64,000 bases of DNA from Alphaproteobacteria bacterium (GTDB lineage: Bacteria; Pseudomonadota; Alphaproteobacteria; GCA-2731375). A model generated the notes under the pieces. That model was not told where the DNA came from and did no database searches. It saw only the letters and a list, made by a program, of their open reading frames with translations. The first letter of the stretch is position 1. Each line of letters starts with the position of its first letter. This document shows positions 37,829-46,743 of the stretch, in pieces. The stretch spans positions 1,925 through 65,924 of the forward strand of contig JASMDX010000056.1 in NCBI GenBank assembly GCA_030752605.1, given 5' to 3'. Both the position numbers and the translations under genes were made by a program.

Positions 37829-39033
37829 CGGCGCCGGCGCAGGCTGAACTACTTGCCACCGCGTGCCGTCTGGGCCGGGATAAATTCCTCGCCCGCGCTC
37901 CCGCCTACGACCGGGAGGGCCGGTTCCCAACCGAGAATTATGCCGATCTGCGCGATGCCGGCTTTCTTGGGCTTGTCATTCCCGCGCGATACGGCGGTCT
38001 GGGCGTGGATTACAAGGGTTATATGGAGATCTCGGCGGAGTTGGGGCGCTGGTGCGGGGCCACGGCGCTAACCTTCAACATGCATTGCGCCACCATGTTG
38101 TGGTCCTCGCAAATGGCTGATGACCTGGAGATGGCCGGGGAACAGCGCGCGCTGCATGAAAGCCGCCGCGCGGGCATTTACCGCAAAGTGATCGAGGATG
38201 GCGCGATTTTCGCGCAACCATTTTCAGAGCCCAACAGCGCGGCGGCGGCAGGTAGGGCGCCCTTTGGCACCACGGCGCGCAAGGTGAAAGGTGGCTGGCT
38301 GGTTAATGGCCGCAAACATTTTGCCTCCCTGGCCGGTGCGGCGGACTTTTACGGCGTGCTCTGTACTGAGGCCAAGGAGAACGGCGAAGCGGACGTCAAG
38401 GACACCATCTACCTGGCCGTCGATGGCGTGTCGGAAGGCTTTACCATTAGCGGCGAGTGGGATGTCCTGGGCATGCGGGCGACCTCGTCCAATAATTTGG
38501 GCCTGGTGGATGTTTTCGTACCCGATGAACATCAGCTGATGCCGCGGGGCGGGTATTATCAGGCCGCCAGGAACTGGCCGCACATGTTCATGACGCTGTG
38601 CCCCACCTATATGGGCATCGCCCAGGCGGCGTTCGATTTTACCTGCCAGTATCTGCGCGGCGAAGTCGAGGGCGGCCCACCCGCCGGCAGCGCACGGCAC
38701 AGCCCGGCCAAGCAGCTGGCGGTGGCTGAAATGCGCATCAAGCTGGAGCAGGCTCGTGCGCTTTTCCAATGTGCAATTGCAGAGGCCGGGGTTAATCCGG
38801 CCAAGGATACGCGCTTGCGGGCCTATGCGGCGCAATATACGGTGATGGAGTTCGCCAATGACATTTGCCGCCTGGCACTGCGCACCTGTGGCGGGCGGGC
38901 CATCTTTCGCAATTTGCGCCTGGAGCAATTGTATCGGGATTCCCGCTGCGGCGCCTTGATGCTACCCTGGACGCCGGAGATCTGCATGGAGCGCCTGGGT
39001 TGGGAAAGCCTGTTCGAGGCAGGCGAGAGTTAG
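37825..39033 (+). CDS. acyl-CoA dehydrogenase-fold flavoprotein (possibly a group-D flavin monooxygenase rather than a true ACAD)
   Basis: It has the three-domain ACAD layout (FPTENYADLRDAGFLGLVIP; GGWLVNGRKHFASLA; TISGEWDVLGMRATSSN). The start overlaps the NicX-like stop (ATGA). The C-terminal RDSRCGALMLPWTPEI lacks an obvious ACAD catalytic-Glu context. Confidence 0.8.
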   Translation: MTAPAQAELLATACRLGRDKFLARAPAYDREGRFPTENYADLRDAGFLGLVIPARYGGLGVDYKGYMEISAELGRWCGATALTFNMHCATMLWSSQMADDLEMAGEQRALHESRRAGIYRKVIEDGAIFAQPFSEPNSAAAAGRAPFGTTARKVKGGWLVNGRKHFASLAGAADFYGVLCTEAKENGEADVKDTIYLAVDGVSEGFTISGEWDVLGMRATSSNNLGLVDVFVPDEHQLMPRGGYYQAARNWPHMFMTLCPTYMGIAQAAFDFTCQYLRGEVEGGPPAGSARHSPAKQLAVAEMRIKLEQARALFQCAIAEAGVNPAKDTRLRAYAAQYTVMEFANDICRLALRTCGGRAIFRNLRLEQLYRDSRCGALMLPWTPEICMERLGWESLFEAGES

Positions 39034-39062
39034 TTAGAGAGACAGTTAGAGAATTTGGGGCG

Positions 39063-40577
39063 ATGGATATTTCTCACTGGATCAGCCATTGGGCCGATTG
39101 GCATGGTACCAAGACGGCGGTGCATTTCGAGGGCCGGGACATCAGTTATGGCGAGATGGACGCCAGGGTTCGGCATCTGGCGGCCATGTTGCAAAGCCAC
39201 CTGGGCGTAAGCAAGGGCGATAGGGTGGCGCATCTCGGGTATAACAGCCCGGAGCTGTTAGAATTGCTGTTTGCCTGTGCCCGCCTGGGCGCCATGCTGG
39301 TGCCCTTGAATTGGCGTCTGGCGCCACCCGAACATGCCTGGATCCTGCGTGATTGCGAGCCCAAAGCGGTGCTGGCCGAAGCTGATTTTTTTGAACATTT
39401 GAACGGTATTGATGCCGGCCTGCCCCTCGTGGCCTATGGCGCTGCCCTCGATGACATTTGGCAAAGCTACGAAGGATTGCTGGCCGCGACTGAAATGGTG
39501 CAAGCAACGGGCGGTGGTGGCCTAGATGATCCGCTGACCATTGTCTACACCTCCGGCACCACCGGGCGGCCCAAGGGCACGCTGTTGACCCAGGAGGCTA
39601 TTTTCCACAACGCGGTCAACGCTATCGCGGCCCAGGACATCATCGCCGACGACCATATTCTGACCGTGCTGCCCATGTTCCATGTGGGCGGCATGAATAT
39701 CCACACCACGCCCGCCATCCATGCCGGCGCCACCGTCACCATTCAGGCCCGTTATGATCCCGCCGCGACCTTGGCCGCCCTGGCGCGGTGCAAGCCGACA
39801 ATTTTTCTAACGGTGCCGGCCATGGCCATGACCTTGACCGGTCATCCCGACTGGGCGGCGACGGACCTATCCAGCCTGCGTTTCGTTGCCCTTGGCTCTT
39901 CCGCTGTGCCGGAGACGATCCTGCGTGCATTTCTGGATCGGGGCATTGCCGCGACACAAATCTACGGTCTGACGGAAAGCGCGCCGGTCGCTATCTGCCT
40001 GCCGATTGCCGATGCCTGGTCCAAAATAGGGTCCTGCGGCAAGCCGGCCCTGCATACCCAGGCGCGTATCGTAGACGATAACGGCGATGATGTAGGGCAG
40101 GGGAATGGCGGCGAGATCGTGCTGCGCGGCAAGAACTTGTTCCGCGAATATTGGTGCAATGCAACGGGCACAGCGGAGGCCTATGAAGGCGGCTGGTTTC
40201 ACACCGGCGATATCGGGCACCAGGACGATCAAGGCTACTATTATGTAGACGAGCGCAAGAAGGACGTGGTGATTTCGGGTGGCGAGAATATCTACCCGGC
40301 GGAGCTGGAGAATATTCTGGCTGATTGCCCGGACCTGGCGGAGGCCGCAGTGGTCGGCCGGCCCGATCAGCGCTGGGGCGAAATTCCCGTGGCTTGTGTG
40401 GTGTCCCAACCGGGCAGCGATATTCAGGGCACCGATATAGTGGCCCTGTTCGAGGGGCGCTTGGCCCGCTACAAGCATCCGCGCGAGGTGATCTTCATGG
40501 ATGCCTTGCCGCGCAACGCCATGGGCAAGGTGGAAAAATTCACCCTGCGTGATGAACTTGCGAACGATGATGGATAG
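39063..40577 (+). CDS. AMP-dependent acyl-CoA synthetase/ligase
   Basis: From the ATG at 39063. IVYTSGTTGRPKG (AMP motif), YGLTES, WFHTGDIG, VDERKKDVVISGGENIYPAELE, PRNAMGKV. Confidence 0.9.
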   Translation: MDISHWISHWADWHGTKTAVHFEGRDISYGEMDARVRHLAAMLQSHLGVSKGDRVAHLGYNSPELLELLFACARLGAMLVPLNWRLAPPEHAWILRDCEPKAVLAEADFFEHLNGIDAGLPLVAYGAALDDIWQSYEGLLAATEMVQATGGGGLDDPLTIVYTSGTTGRPKGTLLTQEAIFHNAVNAIAAQDIIADDHILTVLPMFHVGGMNIHTTPAIHAGATVTIQARYDPAATLAALARCKPTIFLTVPAMAMTLTGHPDWAATDLSSLRFVALGSSAVPETILRAFLDRGIAATQIYGLTESAPVAICLPIADAWSKIGSCGKPALHTQARIVDDNGDDVGQGNGGEIVLRGKNLFREYWCNATGTAEAYEGGWFHTGDIGHQDDQGYYYVDERKKDVVISGGENIYPAELENILADCPDLAEAAVVGRPDQRWGEIPVACVVSQPGSDIQGTDIVALFEGRLARYKHPREVIFMDALPRNAMGKVEKFTLRDELANDDG

Positions 40578-40682
40578 ATGCGGAAATTTTTTCTTTGACG
40601 GTGCCTAGCCTGCCACAAAATTGCTATATTTCCGGTCTAGGTTTGCCTGATGATTTGGCAAGAAGTTAGAGGATGAGGCTTC

Positions 40683-41858
40683 ATGAGTTTTTTCGTATAC
40701 GGATCGCGGCTGCTTCCGCTGGCCGCCACGGTTTTCGCCCTGGCTCTGCTGCTGACCGGCGGCAACGCCGGGGTGGCGGCGAAATCCTTGACCGAAACCC
40801 CGGCCAAACAGGCGATCCTGATCGATCATGCCACCGGGACCGTGCTGTTTTCCAAGAATTCCGAACAAGCTATGCCGCCGTCATCCATGTCCAAGCTAAT
40901 GACCCTGTATATGCTGTTCGACCGGTTGGCCGCCGGCGGTCTGAAGATGGACGATACCTTTCCGGTCAGCAAGAAAGCCTGGCGCATGGGCGGTTCGAAA
41001 ATGTTCGTCCGCGTCGATACCGAAGTCAAGATCGGCGACCTGATCCGCGGTATCGTCATCCAGTCGGGCAACGATGCCTGCATCGTGGTGGCGGAAGGCA
41101 TTGGCGGCGATGAAGCATCCTTTGCCAGCCTGATGAATGAGACGGCCCGGGAATTGGGCATGCTGGACAGCTATTTCGTTAACGCCTCCGGCTGGCCGCA
41201 TCCCGATCACGTCATGACCGCCAAGGACTTGTCTATTCTGGTCCGGGCCCTGATCGACAAGTTCCCGCAATATTACCCGATCTTTTCCGAACGCAGTTTT
41301 ACCTTTTCCAAGATTCGCCAGGGCAACCGCAACCCCCTGCTTTACAAGAACGTCGGCGCCGATGGCCTGAAAACCGGCTATACCGCGGCCGCTGGCTATG
41401 GCCTGGCCGCCTCGGCCCAGCGCAGCGGGCGGCGACTGGATCTGGTGGTGAACGGCCTGAACAGCGTCAATCAACGCAGCAGGGAATCACAACGGCTGTT
41501 GTCCTGGGGGTTTCGGGAATTCGGCAACTACGCCCTGTTCAAGGCTGGCGAGCAGGTGGCGGACGCCTCGGTCTGGCTGGGCAGCATGGGTACGGTGCCC
41601 CTGTTGATCGAGGATCCCCTGACCATCATCATTCCGCGCAAGGCACGCCGGGACATGAAGGTCAGCGTTAATTTTCAGGGACCCTTGCCAGCACCCATCG
41701 CCAAGGGGCAGATGGTGGCGACCTTGCGCATCGAGGCACCGAACATGACACCGATCGTGCGGCCCCTGATCGCCGGCGCCAATATTGCCCGCAAAGGTGT
41801 TTTTGGTCGTCTTGGCGCGGCGCTGGAACATCTGGTGTTCGGCGGCGTTTCCAATTGA
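40683..41858 (+). CDS. serine-type D-Ala-D-Ala carboxypeptidase (PBP5/6 class, peptidase S11)
   Basis: Signal peptide, then SMSKLMT (SxxK), SGND and KTGYT motifs. Confidence 0.9.
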   Translation: MSFFVYGSRLLPLAATVFALALLLTGGNAGVAAKSLTETPAKQAILIDHATGTVLFSKNSEQAMPPSSMSKLMTLYMLFDRLAAGGLKMDDTFPVSKKAWRMGGSKMFVRVDTEVKIGDLIRGIVIQSGNDACIVVAEGIGGDEASFASLMNETARELGMLDSYFVNASGWPHPDHVMTAKDLSILVRALIDKFPQYYPIFSERSFTFSKIRQGNRNPLLYKNVGADGLKTGYTAAAGYGLAASAQRSGRRLDLVVNGLNSVNQRSRESQRLLSWGFREFGNYALFKAGEQVADASVWLGSMGTVPLLIEDPLTIIIPRKARRDMKVSVNFQGPLPAPIAKGQMVATLRIEAPNMTPIVRPLIAGANIARKGVFGRLGAALEHLVFGGVSN

Positions 41859-41867
41859 TGTACTGCC

Positions 41868-42953
41868 ATGGCGGATGATCCCGAAGCTCTCTCCGGCCCT
41901 ATCGCTGCCGCCATATTGATCGGTCACGGCGGCGCGGAACAGGCCTTTCTTGATACCGCCGCCGCCCAACGCCTGCCCCACGCCTGGCTGTTATCTGGAC
42001 CCAGGGGCATTGGCAAAATGACCCTGGCTTACCGCATGGCCCGGTTTCAGCTTTCCCAGGGCGCTGATGGCGGCGGTCTGTTCGGCACTCCCGATAGCTT
42101 GGAGATGGCGCCCGAGCATGATGTTTTTCGCCGCGTCCTGGCGGGCGGCCATGGCGATTTGCAACTGATCGAGCGGGCGCTGAACGATAAGACCAAGAAA
42201 ATGCGTGGTGATATCGTGGTCGACCAGATCCGCGCCCTTGGCCGGTTTTTCGCCATGACCTCGGCCGATGGCGGCTGGCGCGTCGCCATTATTGATGGCG
42301 CCGAGGAAATGAACCCGAACGCCGCCAACGCCTTGTTGAAGCTGTTGGAAGAGCCGCCCAAAAAGAGCCTGCTGCTGCTGGTTAGCCATGCCGCCGGCCG
42401 TCTGCTGCCGACCATCCGTTCGCGCTGCCGTCACCTTGCCCTGCGGCCATTGGCGGAGGCGGAGGCAATGGCAGTGATGGCCCAACAGGCACCGGAGATG
42501 GACGAGGGCGAACGTTTGGGCCTGGTCCGCCTCGCCGAGGGCAGCCCGGGCCGCGCCCTGGCCATGGGCGCGGAAGGCGGTCTGCAGACCTATGATGAAT
42601 TACTCAAACTGGTGCGCAATCTGCCGGAGCTGGATTTCGCCGCTGTGCATGCCTTGGGCGATCGTTTGAACCGGGCCAACAACGAAGCCGCCTATCGGGT
42701 CTGGATCGATCTGCTGCGGCTATGGCTGTCGCGCCTGGCCCGTGGCGGCGCTGGGCTGGAGGGGATGCGCGACGCGGTGGCGGGCGAGGCCTCCTTGGCC
42801 ACCCGACTGACCGGTGCCGTCGGCCTTGATCGCTGGGTCGAGCTATGGGAAAAGGTCGGCGGTTTGGCCATGCGGGCCGAGCGGGTCAATCTGGATCGAA
42901 AACAGGTCGTCTTGAGCGCCTTCATGGATTTGCAAAGCACCGCGCGGCAGTAG
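41868..42953 (+). CDS. holB: DNA polymerase III subunit delta'
   Basis: HAWLLSGPRGIGKMTLAYRMA, a clamp-loader AAA+ Walker-A-like motif, and TIRSRC (SRC motif). Confidence 0.85.
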   Translation: MADDPEALSGPIAAAILIGHGGAEQAFLDTAAAQRLPHAWLLSGPRGIGKMTLAYRMARFQLSQGADGGGLFGTPDSLEMAPEHDVFRRVLAGGHGDLQLIERALNDKTKKMRGDIVVDQIRALGRFFAMTSADGGWRVAIIDGAEEMNPNAANALLKLLEEPPKKSLLLLVSHAAGRLLPTIRSRCRHLALRPLAEAEAMAVMAQQAPEMDEGERLGLVRLAEGSPGRALAMGAEGGLQTYDELLKLVRNLPELDFAAVHALGDRLNRANNEAAYRVWIDLLRLWLSRLARGGAGLEGMRDAVAGEASLATRLTGAVGLDRWVELWEKVGGLAMRAERVNLDRKQVVLSAFMDLQSTARQ

Positions 42954-42982
42954 TACCGATTATCAGGATAGGATGAGAGCGA

Positions 42983-44539
42983 ATGGTCGAGGCCAAAGCC
43001 TATTACATCACGACGCCGATTTATTACGTCAATGACAAGCCCCATATCGGCCATGCCTACACCACGCTGGCATGTGATGTGATCGCTCGCTTCATGCGCC
43101 TGGATGGCCGCGACGTAATACTCATGACCGGTACCGATGAACATGGCCAGAAGGTCGAGAAATCGGCCCAGGCGGCGGGTGTGGAACCTTTGGCCTTTTG
43201 CGACGGCGTCTCGCAGAATTTCCGCGATCTGACACCTATGCTAAATTTTTCCAACGACGGCTTCATCCGCACCACCGAGAAGCGCCACACGGAGGCCTCT
43301 CAGGCGATCTGGCGGGCCATGGCGGACAACGGCGATATCTATCTGGATAGTTATGCCGGCTGGTATTCGGTCCGGGACGAGGCCTACTACGCCGAGGACG
43401 AGCTGACGGATGGCGCCAATGGTGAGAAACTCTCACCTTTCGGTGGGCCGGTGGAATGGGTGGAGGAGCCGAGCTATTTCTTCCGATTGTCCAACTGGCA
43501 GGACCGGTTGCTGGCTTACTACAACGAAGACCCGGGCCGCATTCTGCCGCAAAGTCGGCGCAACGAGGTCGTCAGCTTCGTAAAGAGCGGCCTCAGGGAT
43601 CTCTCCATCTCACGCACCTCGTTCAATTGGGGCGTGCCGGTGCCGGGCGATGATGCCCATATCATGTACGTCTGGGTCGATGCCCTGACAAATTATCTGA
43701 CCGCCGTTGGTTATCCCAATACGGATGCGGAAGACTTCAAGACTTATTGGCCGGCGGATGTGCATATGGTGGGCAAGGATATTTTGCGCTTTCATGCGGT
43801 CTATTGGCCGGCCTTTTTGATGTCCGCCGGTCTGGCTCCGCCGAAACGGATTTTCGCCCATGGCTGGTGGACCGTGGAAGGCCAGAAAATGTCGAAATCC
43901 TTGGGCAATTTCATTCCGCCCCAGGAATTGGTTGATAAATACGGCCTGGATCAAACGCGCTACTTCATGATGCGGGAGCTGCCTTTCGGCAACGACGGCA
44001 ATTTTTCCCACACGGCAATGGTCAATCGCATGAACAGCGATCTGGCCAACGATTTCGGCAATCTGGCCCAGCGCGTTTTGTCCATGATCAACAAAAACTG
44101 TGAGGGGGTGGTGCCCACGCCCGCGCTGCTAAGTGTCGATGACGGCGCCCTGCTGGTTACGGCGCGGGGCCTGCGGGACAAGATGCGCTCGGCCATGGAT
44201 GAACAGGGCATCCATCATGCCCTGACCGCATTGTGGGAGGTGGTCGGCGATGCCAACCGATATGTGGATGCCCAGGCGCCTTGGGGCCTGAAGAAAACCG
44301 ACCCTGAACGCATGGCGACGGTGTTGTATGTGCTGGCTGAGGTAATCCGCCATCTGGCTATTCTGGCGCAACCCGTGGTGCCTGACGCGGCGGCCAAGAT
44401 GCTGGATCAGTTGGCTGTCCCAGAGCAGCAACGCAGCTTCGATAGTCTGGGCGACCAGGAAATGCTGCTGCCGGGCACGGTGCTGCCGAAACCGCAAGGC
44501 GTCTTTCCCCGCTATAGCGGCGCGGAGGAGGACGCTTGA
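42983..44539 (+). CDS. metG: methionine--tRNA ligase (short form)
   Basis: YYVNDKPHIGHAYT (HIGH) and KMSKSLGN (KMSKS). Confidence 0.95.
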   Translation: MVEAKAYYITTPIYYVNDKPHIGHAYTTLACDVIARFMRLDGRDVILMTGTDEHGQKVEKSAQAAGVEPLAFCDGVSQNFRDLTPMLNFSNDGFIRTTEKRHTEASQAIWRAMADNGDIYLDSYAGWYSVRDEAYYAEDELTDGANGEKLSPFGGPVEWVEEPSYFFRLSNWQDRLLAYYNEDPGRILPQSRRNEVVSFVKSGLRDLSISRTSFNWGVPVPGDDAHIMYVWVDALTNYLTAVGYPNTDAEDFKTYWPADVHMVGKDILRFHAVYWPAFLMSAGLAPPKRIFAHGWWTVEGQKMSKSLGNFIPPQELVDKYGLDQTRYFMMRELPFGNDGNFSHTAMVNRMNSDLANDFGNLAQRVLSMINKNCEGVVPTPALLSVDDGALLVTARGLRDKMRSAMDEQGIHHALTALWEVVGDANRYVDAQAPWGLKKTDPERMATVLYVLAEVIRHLAILAQPVVPDAAAKMLDQLAVPEQQRSFDSLGDQEMLLPGTVLPKPQGVFPRYSGAEEDA

Positions 44540-45345
44540 GCCTGCTGGTCGATAGTCATTGCCACCTGGATTTCCCCTCTCTGAGTGGCGATCTCGATGG
44601 CGTGATGGCGCGGGCCAAGACCGCCGGGGTCGGGACCATGGTAACAATCTGTACCCGGGTCGAGCGTTTTGCCTCCATCCTGGCCATCGCGGAACGTTTT
44701 GATAATCTCTACTGCTCGGTCGGTCTGCATCCCCATAGCGCGGCGGAGGAGCCAGACCTGAGCACGGAACGTCTGGTGGAGCTGGCCGGCCATGACAAGG
44801 TGGTGGGAATTGGTGAATCCGGTCTGGATTTTCATTATGACAAAAGCCACCGTGACATTCAGGCCAAGCTGTTTCGCCGCCACATTGCCGCCGCCCGGGA
44901 AACCGGTCTGCCCCTGATCGTGCATAGCCGGGCCGCTGATGGGGAAATGATCGCCATATTGCAGGACGAAACGGCCAAGGGACCGTTCCCTGGCGTATTG
45001 CATTGCTTTTCTTCCGGTCCGGAATTGGCCCGCGCCGCGCTGGCCTTGGGCTTTTATATCTCGTTCAGCGGTATCATTACCTTCAAGAACGCCGACGAGG
45101 TCCGTGCGGTGGCGCTGGAAACGCCGCTGGAGCGTTTGTTGGTGGAAACGGATGCGCCCTATCTGGCGCCTATTCCCCATCGTGGCAAGGACAACGAACC
45201 GGCCTTCGTCGCCAATACGGCGAACAAGCTGGCCGAGTTGCGCGGTGTCACCGGCCAGGAGATGGCGGAGCAGAGCACGGGCAATTTTTTCCGGCTCTTT
45301 ACAAAGGCCTTGGCGGCAGGCCACGGTAATTCCATTGCTGAATAA
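44536..45345 (+). CDS. tatD: TatD-family metal-dependent hydrolase
   Basis: LVDSHCHLDF, GESGLDFHYD, PLIVHSR, LVETDAPYL. The start overlaps the metG stop. Confidence 0.9.
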   Translation: MSLLVDSHCHLDFPSLSGDLDGVMARAKTAGVGTMVTICTRVERFASILAIAERFDNLYCSVGLHPHSAAEEPDLSTERLVELAGHDKVVGIGESGLDFHYDKSHRDIQAKLFRRHIAAARETGLPLIVHSRAADGEMIAILQDETAKGPFPGVLHCFSSGPELARAALALGFYISFSGIITFKNADEVRAVALETPLERLLVETDAPYLAPIPHRGKDNEPAFVANTANKLAELRGVTGQEMAEQSTGNFFRLFTKALAAGHGNSIAE

Positions 45346-45352
45346 AGGAAAA

Positions 45353-45380
45353 GGGCGCCGTGGCCTAAGTCGTGGCGCCC
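45353..45380. terminator. GC-rich hairpin after tatD (no clear U-tract)
   Basis: GGGCGCC (45353..45359) pairs with GGCGCCC (45374..45380), with further G-U/G-C pairs inside. Confidence 0.35.
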
Positions 45381-45519
45381 CTTGAAATGCCGTGCCGGGG
45401 GACGAGGAAGCCCAGTACGGCCACGCCAACCATAGACGGATGCGGCTAGCGCTTGATACGCATGTGTTTTGAACAACGGATGGATGCATTGGCTGGAGTA
45501 ATAAAGTTAATAAAATATT

Positions 45520-45541
45520 ACTATCGATATATATCTATAGT
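45520..45541. repeat. near-perfect 22-bp palindrome in an AT-rich island upstream of the MBL-fold gene
   Basis: ACTATcGATATATATCtATAGT is self-complementary at 20 of 22 positions. TTAA-N7-TTAC (45507..45521) abuts it. Confidence 0.6.
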
Positions 45542-45621
45542 GCCAGTCAAATTTTTTTGTCTAATTTGGAGTTTGCCCTTATGGCCAAGCATGGTTCTCA
45601 TCGTCGCGGAATAGAACCGGG

Positions 45622-46377
45622 ATGCGGGTGACCGTGCTTGGCTGCGGCACCTCTGGCGGGGTGCCTCGGATCGGCAATATCTGGGGCGTTTGCGACCCAG
45701 CCGAGCCAAGGAACCGCCGCCGCCGTTCCTCTATCCTGGTGCAAAGCGGGAGCACCAACCTGATCGTCGACACCGCGCCGGACATGCGCGAACAATGCCT
45801 GGATATAAACCTCCAGAGTCTGGACGGCGTCCTTTACACCCACGATCATTCCGATCACGTCAATGGTATCGATGATTTGCGCGGCTTTACCCTGCTGCGG
45901 GGCGCGCGCACGCCGGTATATGCAGATGCCGCCACCCTGGCCAGCCTGCAACAGCGTTTCGACTATATCTTCACCACCGCCGGCAATTATCCCGCCATTG
46001 CCACGGCACACCTTATCGATGGCCCTTTTGCTGTGGGCGACATTGATATTCAACCGTTTCGGCAAGACCACGGCGTTATGGAAAGCCTGGGCTTCCGTTT
46101 TGGCGGCATGGCCTACTCCACGGATTTGAGCGGCCTGCCGGATACCGCATTCGAAATGTTGCGGGGTCTGGATGTCTGGATCGTCGATGCCCTGCGCCCG
46201 AAACCACACCCAACCCACAGCCATCTGGCCCAAACCCTGGAATGGATCAATAGGTTGCGGCCCAAGCGGGCGATCCTCACTCATATGACCTGGGATATGG
46301 ATTACGCGGCCTTGTGCGCCGAGCTGCCGGCGGGGGTGGAGCCGGCCTATGACGGCATGACCATTGATTTTTCGTGA
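45622..46377 (+). CDS. MBL-fold metallo-hydrolase (PhnP-like)
   Basis: VTVLGCGTSGGVP, ILVDTAPD, and YTHDHSDH (HxHxDH). Confidence 0.8.
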   Translation: MRVTVLGCGTSGGVPRIGNIWGVCDPAEPRNRRRRSSILVQSGSTNLIVDTAPDMREQCLDINLQSLDGVLYTHDHSDHVNGIDDLRGFTLLRGARTPVYADAATLASLQQRFDYIFTTAGNYPAIATAHLIDGPFAVGDIDIQPFRQDHGVMESLGFRFGGMAYSTDLSGLPDTAFEMLRGLDVWIVDALRPKPHPTHSHLAQTLEWINRLRPKRAILTHMTWDMDYAALCAELPAGVEPAYDGMTIDFS

Positions 46378-46498
46378 TTTTCAGGGTTCTGAGCCGCTCG
46401 CCTGGAAACCTGGTCTTAAAAATTGAAAGGGCTCCATGGCTCTAAGCCACGGCTCCCAGCCAAGGGCTGTGCCGGAGGAGGAGGGGACCGGCCCAGCG

Positions 46499-46535
46499 GC
46501 ATCAGCCAGGACGGATACGGCTGATGCTGTTTGTT
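46499..46535 (+). terminator. intrinsic-terminator-like hairpin in the MBL/polA spacer
   Basis: GCATCAGCC (46499..46507) and GGCTGATGC (46519..46527) form a perfect 9-bp stem with an 11-nt loop, followed by tgtttgtt. Confidence 0.5.
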
Positions 46536-46579
46536 AGCCTGGTGCGCATCGAACAACTCACAGACTAAGGGAGGCACAT

Positions 46580-46662
46580 TGACAAATGATTATTTTATAA
46601 TATTTATATATCTTTTATTGGGCGCATAATATATTTCGGACTACCCAATAAGGCATTTGTCA
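46580..46662. repeat. nested inverted repeats enclosing an AT-rich core immediately upstream of polA
   Basis: The outer pair is TGACAAATG (46580..46588) / CATTTGTCA (46654..46662). The inner pair is TTATTGGG (46615..46622) / CCCAATAA (46644..46651). Confidence 0.6.
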
Positions 46663-46743
46663 GCGCTGAATCTTGGCGATTGGTTTTGTTGGCTGCGCAT
46701 TGACATCATTCCACCCATGGCCCGGTCATGGCATAGTGGCGTC

